Positions 11,301-19,276 of a stretch of 64,000 nt of DNA are shown one piece after another. Numbering within the stretch: position 1 is the first letter of the stretch; every line of letters begins with the position of its first letter. Both the position numbers and the translations under genes were made by a program. The DNA comes from Sphingomonadales bacterium (GTDB taxonomy: Bacteria; Pseudomonadota; Alphaproteobacteria; Sphingomonadales; Govanellaceae), in the NCBI GenBank assembly GCA_019455285.1, contig JACFMS010000014.1, forward strand, positions 9,925 through 73,924. Reading direction: 5' to 3'. The notes beneath the pieces were generated by a model. It was given only the letters and a program-made list of their open reading frames with translations, searched no databases and was not told the origin of the DNA.

Positions 11301-12897
11301 GGCTGGAAAGCACGGCCAAAGGCGTATCATCGCCCATGGAGCCGACCGCTTCCTTGCCTTCCTCGGCCAGCGGCTGGAGAATGAGTTCAAGGTCTTCCAC
11401 CGAGTAGCCGGCGGCCACTTGGCGACGCCGCAACTCTTCCTTGTCGAAGCAGGGCGCTTCCTTCACCGCCTTGCGGTCAAAGAGATTATCGAAGGTTTTG
11501 AAGTTTTTCACCCACTCCTGATAGGGATGCTCGGCGGCCAGATAATCCTTCAGCTCGCGATCGTGATAAAACACGCCGCGCTCCAGATCGACGCCGATCA
11601 TCTGCCCTGGCCCTAAGCGCCCTTTCTCCTTCACCTTGGCTTCCGGGATCATCACCATGCCGGTTTCCGAACCGACCGCCAACAGTCCGTCGTTGGTGAC
11701 GGTGTAGCGCATGGGACGCAGACCGTTGCGGTCAAGCCCGGCGATGATCCAGCGCCCGTCGGTGGCGGCGATGGCGGCGGGGCCGTCCCACGGCTCCATC
11801 ACCGAGTTGGCGTAGGCGTACAGGGCGCGGTGGCTGTCCGGCATCGACGAGGTTTTCTTCGACCACGATTCCGGAATGAGCAGCGTTTTCACCAGCGGCG
11901 CGATGCGGCCGGCGCGCACCATCGCCTCGAACACGCTATCAAGCGCCGCCGAGTCGGAAGCGCCCGATGGGATCAAGGGCTTGATCACGTCGCTGGCTTC
12001 GCCGAACGCCATCGCCGCCATCTTGATTTCGTGGTTGCGCATCCAGTTCTTGTTGCCGCGAATGGTGTTGATTTCGCCATTGTGGGCGAGCATGCGGAAC
12101 GGTTGCGCCAGCCACCAGGTGGGGAAGGTATTGGTGGAATAGCGCTGATGATAGATGGCGAAGTTGGAGACGAAGCGGCCATCCAATAGATCGGGGTAGA
12201 AAGACGACAATTGTTCGGCGAGGAACAATCCCTTGTAGATGATGGAGCGGCACGACAGCGTGCAGACGTAAAAATCCTTGATGTGCTGCGCCAGCACCGC
12301 CTTTTCGATCTTGCGGCGGATCAGATAAAGCTCGCGCTCGAACTCTTCCTCGGGCACGCCGCGCGGGTTGCCGACCATGATCTGCTCGATCTCGGGGCGG
12401 GTGGCATTGGCCTTCTCGCCGATCACCGAGGCGTCCACCGGCACCTGCCGCCAGCCGTAGATGTAATAGCCGTAGTCGAGAATTTCCGATTCCACGATGG
12501 CGCGGCAGGCTTCCTGCGCCGCCATATCGGTGCGCGGCAGAAACACCATGCCGACGGCGAGCTTGCCATCCATCACCTTGTGGCCGGCGCGGGTCACCTG
12601 CTCGCGGAAGAAATCCTGCGGAATGGCGATGTGAATGCCGGCGCCGTCGCCGGTCTTGCCGTCGGCGTCCACCGCGCCGCGATGCCATACCGACTTTAAG
12701 GCCTCGATGCCGGCCAGCACCACGCGCCGGCTGGGCTTGCCGTCAATGGCGGCAATCAGGCCGACGCCGCAGGCGTCATGCTCATCCTCGGGGTCATACA
12801 TGCCAACGCGCGCCAGTCGTTCGGCTTCGCGCTGCTGCCATTGCACTACTGCCGCGGCTGTCGCACGCTCATTATTGTTGGTTTGTTGGGCCGACAT
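8329..12897 (-). CDS. gltB: glutamate synthase large subunit
   Basis: About 1520 aa. N-terminal Ntn amidotransferase (DEHDACGVGLIAAIDG), central FMN/Fe-S domain and C-terminal GXGXG domain. Start set at MSAQQT (GGAG 9 nt upstream), leaving 13 nt after the gltD stop. Confidence 0.97.
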   Translation of the reverse strand: MSAQQTNNNERATAAAVVQWQQREAERLARVGMYDPEDEHDACGVGLIAAIDGKPSRRVVLAGIEALKSVWHRGAVDADGKTGDGAGIHIAIPQDFFREQVTRAGHKVMDGKLAVGMVFLPRTDMAAQEACRAIVESEILDYGYYIYGWRQVPVDASVIGEKANATRPEIEQIMVGNPRGVPEEEFERELYLIRRKIEKAVLAQHIKDFYVCTLSCRSIIYKGLFLAEQLSSFYPDLLDGRFVSNFAIYHQRYSTNTFPTWWLAQPFRMLAHNGEINTIRGNKNWMRNHEIKMAAMAFGEASDVIKPLIPSGASDSAALDSVFEAMVRAGRIAPLVKTLLIPESWSKKTSSMPDSHRALYAYANSVMEPWDGPAAIAATDGRWIIAGLDRNGLRPMRYTVTNDGLLAVGSETGMVMIPEAKVKEKGRLGPGQMIGVDLERGVFYHDRELKDYLAAEHPYQEWVKNFKTFDNLFDRKAVKEAPCFDKEELRRRQVAAGYSVEDLELILQPLAEEGKEAVGSMGDDTPLAVLSSQYRPLSHYFRQNFSQVTNPPIDSLREYRVMSLKTRFGNFNNVLEQNANQTNVLVLSSPVLTNGEYDLLLKHWGDSAQVIDCTFPADGGDDALKDAIKRIRSEAEDAVRAGKGQLFLTDEYISEDRAPIPMILAAGGVHSHLMRQGLRTYTSINVRSSECLDTHYFAVLIGVGATTVNAYLAQESIADRHRRGLFGDLSFEECLRNFRTAIDQGILKIMSKMGISVISSYRGGYNFEAVGLSRSLVLEFFPGMPSKISGIGSAGVQKKILEQHAKAYRDDVISLPIGGIYRYRKGGELHAFDGPLIHMMQQAVATDSYSLYLKYAHALYDMPPVNLRDLLDFKYPAKPGALEEVESITEIRKRFITPGMSLGALSAEAHETLTIAMNRIGAKSSSGEGGEGAERYRPRENGDNANSPIKQIASGRFGVTAEYLNNCSEIEIKIAQGAKPGEGGQLPGFKVTVEIARLRHSTPGVMLISPPPHHDIYSIEDLAQLIYDLKQINPVARVCVKLVSAAGIGTIAAGVAKAKADVILISGNCGGTGASPQTSIKYAGTPWEMGLSEVHQVLTLNKLRDRVTLRVDGGIKTGRDVVVAALLGAEEFGVGTASLVAMGCIMVRQCHSNTCPVGVCTQDPELRKKFTGTPEKVVNLFSFVAEEVREIIAKLGYRTIDDIIGRSDLLAQVNRGAAHLDDLDLNPLLARVDVAPGDRKTRATWRNPVPDTLDAKMVEDAKAVFEQGEKMQLTYTVRNTLRAIGTRFSSHIVRRFGMTGLKPGHITVRLRGSAGQSLGAFAVQGLKLEVFGDANDYVGKGLSGGTIVVRPMTSSPLVSNYNTIIGNTVLYGATAGKLFAAGQAGERFAVRNSGAEVVIEGCGANGCEYMTGGVAVILGEVGDNFAAGMTGGMAFVYDENDTFMSHLNPDSVVVRRIASAHWEGVVKRLIGEHAAETQSAHAATILANWDATRGLFWQVCPKEIVDRLAAPLEETGYLAATG

Positions 12898-12910
12898 GGA
12901 AATTTCTCCG

Positions 12911-14389
12911 TTAAGACGCTGCAACCAGCACTTTGCGTTTGCGCGGACGGGCGTCGCGCGCGGGCCGCGCCGCCAAATACTTATCGATGGCCGCCGCCGC
13001 GTCGCGGCCGTCGCGGATCGCCCACACCACCAGCGACGCGCCGCGCACGATGTCGCCCACCGCGAACACGCCGTCGAGGTTGGTCATGGCGGTCTTATGA
13101 TCGACTTTCACCGTGCCCCAGCGCGTCACCTCCAGTTCGGGTGCATTAAACAGCGTCGGCAGGTCTTCCGGGTCGAACCCTAAAGCCTTGATCACCAAGT
13201 CGGCCTCTATCCTGAATGTAGAGTCCTTCACCGCTTCCGGCGAGCGGCGGCCGCTGGCGTCGGGCGAGCCTAAGCGCATGCGCTGCGCCAGCACGGCCTT
13301 GACCGCGCCGACGCCGTCGCCATCGGCGCCGACGAAGGCTTGCGGCGCCGACAGCCAGATGAATTCGACGCCTTCTTCCTCGGCGTTTTTCACCTCGCGC
13401 ATCGAGCCCGGCATGTTGTCGCGGTCGCGGCGATAGAGGCACTTGACCGATTTAGCGCCCTGACGCACGGCGGTGCGCACGCAGTCCATGGCGGTGTCGC
13501 CGCCGCCGATGACGACGACATGTCTGTCCGCCGCATTGAGTTGGCCTGAGGTGAAGGCCGCCACCGTATCACCCAGTCCGACGCGATTGGCGGCGATCAG
13601 ATAATCGAGCGCCGGCACCACGTTATCAAGGCCCGCGCCCGGCACGGCAACGTCGCGGGGCTTATAGACGCCGGTGGCGATGAGCACGGCGTCGTGGCGG
13701 TCGCGCAGCTCTTGCAGCGTGGCGTCGCGCCCCACTTCGAAGTTGAGATGAAAGATCACGCCGCTGTCGACATATTGCTTGGCGCGACGCTGCACCACCT
13801 CTTTTTCCAGCTTGAAGCCGGGGATGCCGTAGATCAGCAAGCCGCCGATCCGGTCATAGCGGTCATAGACATGGACCTCATACCCGCGCCGGCGCAGACG
13901 TTCGGCGGCGGCCAAACCGCCGGGCCCCGCGCCGATGATGCCGATGGAGGCGGCCAGTTCGCGCTTAGGCGTGAACGGCTTGATCCAGCCCTGATCCCAG
14001 GCGGTGTCGGTGATGTAGCGCTCCACCGCGCCGATGGTCACCGAATCGAAGTTCCGCTCGATGACGCAATTGCCTTCGCACAGGCGGTCTTGCGGGCAGA
14101 TGCGGCCGCACACCTCAGGCAGGGTGTTGGTGGCGCTGGCCAGCTCATAGGCCTCTTCCAGCCGGCCTTCGGCGGTCAGCTTCAGCCAGTCGGGGATGTT
14201 GTTGTTCAAGGGACAATGGATCTGGCAATAGGGCACGCCGCATTGCGAACAGCGCGCCGCCTGCTCCGCCGCCTGGCTGGTGGAGAAGCGATCGTAGATC
14301 TCCTGGAAGTCGGCGGCGCGCTCGGCGGTGCTCCGCTTGGTCGGCATGCGCTGCTCGACGGTGACGAATTTGAGCATTTTCTGCGCCAT
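12911..14389 (-). CDS. gltD: glutamate synthase small subunit (NADPH)
   Basis: Start taken at MAQKMLKFVTVEQRMP. Fe-S motif CSQCGVPYCQIHCP...CGRICPQDRLCEGNC and dinucleotide folds IGIIGAGPGGLAAA and VVVIGGGDTAMD. Confidence 0.95.
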   Translation of the reverse strand: MAQKMLKFVTVEQRMPTKRSTAERAADFQEIYDRFSTSQAAEQAARCSQCGVPYCQIHCPLNNNIPDWLKLTAEGRLEEAYELASATNTLPEVCGRICPQDRLCEGNCVIERNFDSVTIGAVERYITDTAWDQGWIKPFTPKRELAASIGIIGAGPGGLAAAERLRRRGYEVHVYDRYDRIGGLLIYGIPGFKLEKEVVQRRAKQYVDSGVIFHLNFEVGRDATLQELRDRHDAVLIATGVYKPRDVAVPGAGLDNVVPALDYLIAANRVGLGDTVAAFTSGQLNAADRHVVVIGGGDTAMDCVRTAVRQGAKSVKCLYRRDRDNMPGSMREVKNAEEEGVEFIWLSAPQAFVGADGDGVGAVKAVLAQRMRLGSPDASGRRSPEAVKDSTFRIEADLVIKALGFDPEDLPTLFNAPELEVTRWGTVKVDHKTAMTNLDGVFAVGDIVRGASLVVWAIRDGRDAAAAIDKYLAARPARDARPRKRKVLVAAS

Positions 14390-14478
14390 CGTCCTTACAC
14401 TCTGGTTTGGTTGCGTTGTAGGGAACTCGGCGGGCAGTATATCGGCCAGCCAGCGGGCCACAAAGCAAAAAAACGCAT

Positions 14479-14512
14479 TTAGGACAATATAACTGACCTA
14501 AATTAGGACAAT
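14479..14512. promoter_or_regulatory. two direct TTAGGACAAT repeats upstream of gltD
   Basis: Identical 10-mers at 14479-14488 and 14503-14512 in the AT-rich gltD/uppP intergenic region, about 90-120 nt upstream of the gltD start. Confidence 0.3.
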
Positions 14513-14582
14513 TTTTGCAAAATTCGGCACGAACAAGGAAAAAGATAAAGCTGGGCAGAGGGCATTTAGTACCAAATCGGAC

Positions 14583-15389
14583 CTAATTACCGAGCGCAAG
14601 ACAGATCAGCGCCACCGAGCCGAGGATGATTCGGTACCAGGCGAAGGGGCCGAAGCCGTGCCGGCTGACAAAAGCGACCAGTGACTTGACCACGGCCAAG
14701 GCCGCCGCGAAAGCCACCAGGAAGCCAATGGCGATCGAGACCGCATTGTCCAGGCTCAACATCGCGCGTTGCTGATAAAGGTCGTAAACCGTCGCCGCCG
14801 CCATGGTGGGGATGGCCAGGAAGAAGGAATATTCGGTGGCGGCGCGGCGGTCGACGCCCATCAGCAGCGCCCCCATGATGGTGGCGCCGGAGCGCGATAC
14901 GCCGGGAAACATCGCCAGGCACTGCATCACGCCGATACGCAACGCCAGGCCGGCGGAAAAGTCCTCCACCCGGTGATGGCGGGCTTGTTTGACCAGGCGC
15001 TCGATAAGCAGGATGGCGAGGCCGCCAATGACCAGGGCCCAGGCGACGCCCCAGGGATTTTCCAGAAGCTCCTTGATTTTCTTATAGACCAGCACCCCCA
15101 CTGCCATGGCCGGCAGGAAGCCCAAAAGAACGGCGATCACAAACCGCCGCGCCTCCGGCTCGCCTCGAAGGACGCCTACGGTGACGGTGGTCAGCTTCTG
15201 ACGGTAAGCCAAGCAGACCGCCAGGATGGCCCCCAGTTGAATGGCGATCTTGAAGGCGCCGCCGGGGTCAGAAAAGCCGAGAAAATGGCCAGCCAACACC
15301 AGATGCCCGGTGGAGGAGACGGGGATGAATTCGGTCAATCCCTCCAACAGCCCAAGCAGAAAGACCTGGACGAGGTGAAGCATGTCCAT
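14583..15389 (-). CDS. uppP: undecaprenyl-diphosphate phosphatase
   Basis: 268-aa polytopic membrane protein with the BacA/UppP signature LLGLLEGLTEFIPVSSTGHL and PGVSRSGATI. Confidence 0.93.
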   Translation of the reverse strand: MDMLHLVQVFLLGLLEGLTEFIPVSSTGHLVLAGHFLGFSDPGGAFKIAIQLGAILAVCLAYRQKLTTVTVGVLRGEPEARRFVIAVLLGFLPAMAVGVLVYKKIKELLENPWGVAWALVIGGLAILLIERLVKQARHHRVEDFSAGLALRIGVMQCLAMFPGVSRSGATIMGALLMGVDRRAATEYSFFLAIPTMAAATVYDLYQQRAMLSLDNAVSIAIGFLVAFAAALAVVKSLVAFVSRHGFGPFAWYRIILGSVALICLALGN

Positions 15390-15418
15390 GGCGGCGCGCT
15401 CCTTGATTTTTTTTAGGG

Positions 15419-16363
15419 CTATTCGGCGCTGGGCCGGGAGAACTGGCCAAGCTTGCGATAGCGCCTCAAGTAGGTGGGCGCGATCGCCTCCGCCGGCGTC
15501 GGCGTAATGCCGAGCGCTTTCAAGCCGTTCGTTCCCGCCACCACATTATCCCGCTTCAACAAGCGGACCTGGTCGACGGTTAGGGGCGGCGTGGGCAGCA
15601 GCTGCAGAAAAAACGCCAGTATCTTGGCGGCAAAGAACGGCAGGGGGATCAGCGGCCGGGAGACGCCGATCTCCTGGAACACATACTCATAAACTTGGCG
15701 CAAGGTGTAGACGGTGGGGCCGCCCAGCTCATAGGTTTGGCCGGCGGCAGCCGGGTTTTCCAGCGCCGCCAGGATGGCGTCGGCCACATCGCCCACATAG
15801 ACTGGCTGGAATTTGGTGTCGCCGCCAATGAGCGGCAGCACCCACAGTATCTTCGCCAGGCCGGCGAACCGGTTGTAGAAGCCGTCATCGGGGCCGAACA
15901 CCACGCTGGGGCGGAAGATGGCGGCGGCGGGATAAGCCGCCTTGACCCGCGCTTCGCCTCGCGCCTTGGAGCGGGCGTAGCGGGCGGGCGAGAGGGCGTC
16001 GGCGCCAAGGGCCGAGAGGTGAATGAGGCGGCGCACACCGGCCGCGGCGGCCGCCTCGGCGATGAGCCCGGCGCCTTCATCCTGCAGGGCATCGAACTTC
16101 TGCGTTCCCGCCTCATGGAGGATGCCAACCAGGTTGACCACCGCCTCAGCGCCGTTGACCGCCGCCTGGACCGAGGCCGCGTCACGCACATTGGCCTGCA
16201 TCAGCTGAATCTGCCCCACCGCGCCAAGGGGCTTTAAATACATCGCCTCGTTGGGCCGCCTTACCGCCACCCGCACCCGGTAGCCCTTAGCCGCCAGACG
16301 CTGCACCAGGTGGCGGCCAATGAAGCCCGAGCCGCCAAACACCGTCACCAGGCGATCCGCCAT
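15419..16363 (-). CDS. complex I NDUFA9-like NAD(P)H-binding SDR family protein
   Basis: MADRLVTVFGGSGFIGRHLVQRLAAKGYRVRVAVRRP...; 314 aa, with the atypical-SDR layout common in alphaproteobacteria. Confidence 0.82.
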   Translation of the reverse strand: MADRLVTVFGGSGFIGRHLVQRLAAKGYRVRVAVRRPNEAMYLKPLGAVGQIQLMQANVRDAASVQAAVNGAEAVVNLVGILHEAGTQKFDALQDEGAGLIAEAAAAAGVRRLIHLSALGADALSPARYARSKARGEARVKAAYPAAAIFRPSVVFGPDDGFYNRFAGLAKILWVLPLIGGDTKFQPVYVGDVADAILAALENPAAAGQTYELGGPTVYTLRQVYEYVFQEIGVSRPLIPLPFFAAKILAFFLQLLPTPPLTVDQVRLLKRDNVVAGTNGLKALGITPTPAEAIAPTYLRRYRKLGQFSRPSAE

Positions 16364-16541
16364 CGCGACCTCCTCGTCCTATCCCCTTTGGCCGGCGGGC
16401 AGGGACGCCCGTCGCCTGCCGTCTGGTTAGCAAAATTCATCCTACTTCTCTAACCTTTTTTATCCCGCAGGCAATACCGCCCGCGGGGCTTGACATTAGG
16501 CGGCCCAAAGAGTAGCGACAGGGGGCTTTTTTTACGCCCGT

Positions 16542-16628
16542 GCCCAGGTGGCGGAATTGGTAGACGCACTAGCTTCAGGTGCTAGCGGTCGAAAGGTCGT
16601 GGAGGTTCGAGTCCTCTCCTGGGCACCA
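16542..16628 (+). tRNA. tRNA-Leu (anticodon CAG), class II with long variable arm, CCA encoded
   Basis: GCCCAGG...CCTGGGC acceptor stem. Anticodon stem-loop CTAGC-TTCAGGT-GCTAG. Long variable arm GCGGTCGAAAGGTCGTG. T-arm GGAGGTTCGAGTCCTCT. 3' ACCA. Confidence 0.93.
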
Positions 16629-16740
16629 CTTACCCTTGCCAAGACACAATCCCCATTGCAGACACGCCGAGAGAATTGAGGTAGCTTGTCCGCCACATGC
16701 TCTACCGTCGGCGGTAGAGCATGGATCGGGAGGTCGGCGC

Positions 16741-17097
16741 ATGGCGGCCGGTTATTTTATCCTGACGCGACTTGCCGAATTGTTGCTGACCTGGACGCTG
16801 ATGGCGGCCATTGCCCTGGTTTCCGCTCCCCACTTGTTGCGCGCCGATCCCACGGCGCTTGCGCTTGCGCCCTTGATCCCATGGGGCAAGCATCAGGTTG
16901 TTTATTTGTTTCTCCCAGCCCAGTTCATAGTCTGGCGTCTCATCGGACGTCAGATCGAATTGCGCATTCTGGCGCTGTCAGCCCTGCTTGGCGTTTACGC
17001 CGTAGCGCTTGGGTATCCGCATGATTTTACAATCAGCTTTCTGATCGCGCAGGCGGGCGCGGAATTGGCGGTTTGGCGTCGAGCGCAGCGGGCTTAA
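16741..17097 (+). CDS. hypothetical small membrane protein
   Basis: MAAGYFILTRLAELLLTWTLMAAIALVSAP... has 3-4 hydrophobic segments. The upstream part of the ORF-track frame overlaps the tRNA and was trimmed. Confidence 0.45.
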   Translation: MAAGYFILTRLAELLLTWTLMAAIALVSAPHLLRADPTALALAPLIPWGKHQVVYLFLPAQFIVWRLIGRQIELRILALSALLGVYAVALGYPHDFTISFLIAQAGAELAVWRRAQRA

Positions 17098-17125
17098 TAA
17101 ATCATGCTAAACTTATGAACCAAGC

Positions 17126-17347
17126 TTAACGATTGCTCCGACTTGGCGACTTCGGCAACCGGCAGCGGCCAATCCAGTGGCCCTGTCCTGAATCGTGGGA
17201 GTCGGCAACCGCGCGCGTCCATATCGCGCCGCAGCGGCCGCCGCACGAAGGGCAGGGGCGCGCCATCGCGCCGCCATCGCATTCACCGCAATCCCGACTG
17301 TAATGACCGGCAGACCAGTCGGCATTGCACCTGGAGCAGAGCGCCAT
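17126..17347 (-). CDS. hypothetical Cys-rich (zinc-ribbon-like) small protein
   Basis: 73 aa with CSRC...CGEC...CPSC...C spacing. By manual count its third-position GC is higher than that of the overlapping alternative frame 17113-17382. Confidence 0.33.
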   Translation of the reverse strand: MALCSRCNADWSAGHYSRDCGECDGGAMARPCPSCGGRCGAIWTRAVADSHDSGQGHWIGRCRLPKSPSRSNR

Positions 17348-17532
17348 CGTTCCACCGCGCGTTGTCCAACCCTATTGCTCATAGCAAAACTGGTGTCAGC
17401 GAACCATGGCTTTTTTCCCGATCGGGCCGGGCGTTGGCTTAAGATTTAGTAGAAAAACTCATTGGCGCGACCTCTACTTTTGCGATAAAAATGGGGCCTT
17501 GCTGGCGGCGTTGTATTTTCAGGGGGCGGTCA

Positions 17533-19269
17533 ATGAACGCACAAGCACGGGCTGGCCGGGTTCTGACCTCGGCTTTTCTGGCAATCCTGTTGACGATGAC
17601 GGCCTCTTCAAACGCCCTGGCGGTGCGGGAAGACTGCGCCAAGGATAAAAATGCGCTCGCCAACATTGATAAATCGATTTCCCAGCTTGAAGCGATCCAG
17701 ATGCCGGGCAAGATGGCGAGCGACATGGTCGCGGTCATCGACCAGCTCTTGGAGGGCCTGAAGGCGACCAAAAAGGATCTGGGCAAGGTCACCGGTCCCA
17801 ACAAGCAATTGACCGGCGCCTTCAAGAACGCCAAGGAGCAATTGGGCGGGATCGGCGAGACCATGGACACCCTGAAGGTGCCGCGACCCAAGGCCCTCGT
17901 TAGCCTGACCAAGAGTCTCGGCGTTCTCCAAGGCGACATCGAAAAAGGCATCAAGAAATACCAGGCGACCGCGCCCGGTAAGGTTGCCGCCGGGCTTGAT
18001 AAGGCGAGCAAGACGATAGGCGGCGTCATCGATCAGCTGGAAGCGGCTAAGACCGCGCTGGAGGGAGTCAAGGCCATCGATGATGCCGCCAATGGCACCG
18101 GCGCCGAGCAGATCCGCGCCATGAAATACGGTTTCGATCAGCTTAAAGGCAAGCTTGGCGTTGATGAGGTGCCGGGACTGGGGGCGTTTCTGGATGCCTA
18201 TTCGGAAGCGATGGACGGCATCGCCAGCAATGTCGACATCATCGAGAAGACCACCAAGGAGCGTCTGGCGGTGGCCGATACCATTCTGCGCGATGCCGGT
18301 TTTTCCGGTGCTGAAAATCTCTACACCGGCCTGCAATCGCCGCGGGAGAAGCTGGAGCGCCGCCTGCAGGCGCTGCGATCGGAACGCAATGATCTGCTGC
18401 GCCAGTTCGAGGAGGACGAGTGCGCAACGCCCGACAAACCCACACCCAATGATCCTTGCGCCACGGGGACGCCGCCCGACAAGGCTCGCGCCATCGCCGA
18501 AGCGATGACGCGCAAAGAGCGCGAGGCCTATGACGATGCCCAGATGCTGCTGCGGGATCGCATGGGTGACCTGGCCACCCATTCCTTCCAGCAACCCACA
18601 CTGACCCCATCGTCCGAAGAAGCCAAACTATCGAGCCAGAAGGGCAAACTGGATCTGTTGAAGCGCGCCGCCGTCGCCAAGGATCGCTCGCGCTACGCTG
18701 CGGCGGATCCGCTCGATGAGGCGCGGACCATTGCCCAATCACTCGGCGTTGCATTGCCGGTCGTGCCCAACTCCATGCGCTGGGAGGAAGTGGCTCTGCA
18801 ATATGCCGCCGCCATAGAACCGGTTCTGGCCAAGCGGGAACGACAGTTGGAACAAAAAGCGCAGTCTGACCTTGCGGCCAAGCGCAAGGCGTGGCAGTCG
18901 ACCAACGACAAGCTGTTGGCCAGCGCCAAGCAGGCCCGCACCAAGCGCGATGCAGCCAAATCGGCGCTGGACAAGGCGCTGGCTAACGCCTTGAACCGGG
19001 AAATGGCGGCGAAGAACTGGAGCCAGGACCAGCGCGACCGCTTTGACGAATGCTTCCCGGATTATGGCAAGGTACGCAAGACGGCGGCCGCCGCCCCGGC
19101 CCCGTCGACCGCGCGACCGACGGCAGCGAAACCCGCCGCCAAGCCCGCCGCGCAACCTGCGCCGCCGAGCGCGCCAGCGCCCGCGCCGCAGCCCAAACAG
19201 AAGGAATGCGATAGCGGCGGCGGGCTTGCCGGCGCCATGGGAGGCGTGGCGTGCGAAATCAGCAAGTGA
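17533..19269 (+). CDS. secreted coiled-coil protein of unknown function
   Basis: Start at MNAQARAGRVLTSAFLAILLTMTASSNALA (signal peptide; AGGGGG 7 nt upstream). Long helical K/E/A/L-rich body, Ala/Pro-rich linker and C-terminal CDSGGGLAGAMGGVAC. Confidence 0.7.
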   Translation: MNAQARAGRVLTSAFLAILLTMTASSNALAVREDCAKDKNALANIDKSISQLEAIQMPGKMASDMVAVIDQLLEGLKATKKDLGKVTGPNKQLTGAFKNAKEQLGGIGETMDTLKVPRPKALVSLTKSLGVLQGDIEKGIKKYQATAPGKVAAGLDKASKTIGGVIDQLEAAKTALEGVKAIDDAANGTGAEQIRAMKYGFDQLKGKLGVDEVPGLGAFLDAYSEAMDGIASNVDIIEKTTKERLAVADTILRDAGFSGAENLYTGLQSPREKLERRLQALRSERNDLLRQFEEDECATPDKPTPNDPCATGTPPDKARAIAEAMTRKEREAYDDAQMLLRDRMGDLATHSFQQPTLTPSSEEAKLSSQKGKLDLLKRAAVAKDRSRYAAADPLDEARTIAQSLGVALPVVPNSMRWEEVALQYAAAIEPVLAKRERQLEQKAQSDLAAKRKAWQSTNDKLLASAKQARTKRDAAKSALDKALANALNREMAAKNWSQDQRDRFDECFPDYGKVRKTAAAAPAPSTARPTAAKPAAKPAAQPAPPSAPAPAPQPKQKECDSGGGLAGAMGGVACEISK

Positions 19270-19276
19270 TCGACGC

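Noticed and set aside
16542-16628. tRNA-Leu as the attachment site of the GTA-like or prophage element.
   Set aside because: It lies 35 kb away with housekeeping operons (lpt-rpoN-hpf-ptsN, pabB and others) in between. There is no adjacent integrase, and I could not find a duplicated tRNA 3' end.
16579-16740. N-terminal 54 codons of ORF 16579-17097.
   Set aside because: This part overlaps the tRNA-Leu gene. The hydrophobic protein plausibly starts at the ATG at 16741.
19043-19276. N-terminal extension (PRPRRPRDRRQRNPPP...) of the HAF/OmpA ORF.
   Set aside because: It is an alternative-frame reading of the Ala/Pro-rich 3' end of the preceding gene. A clean signal peptide begins at the ATG at 19277.
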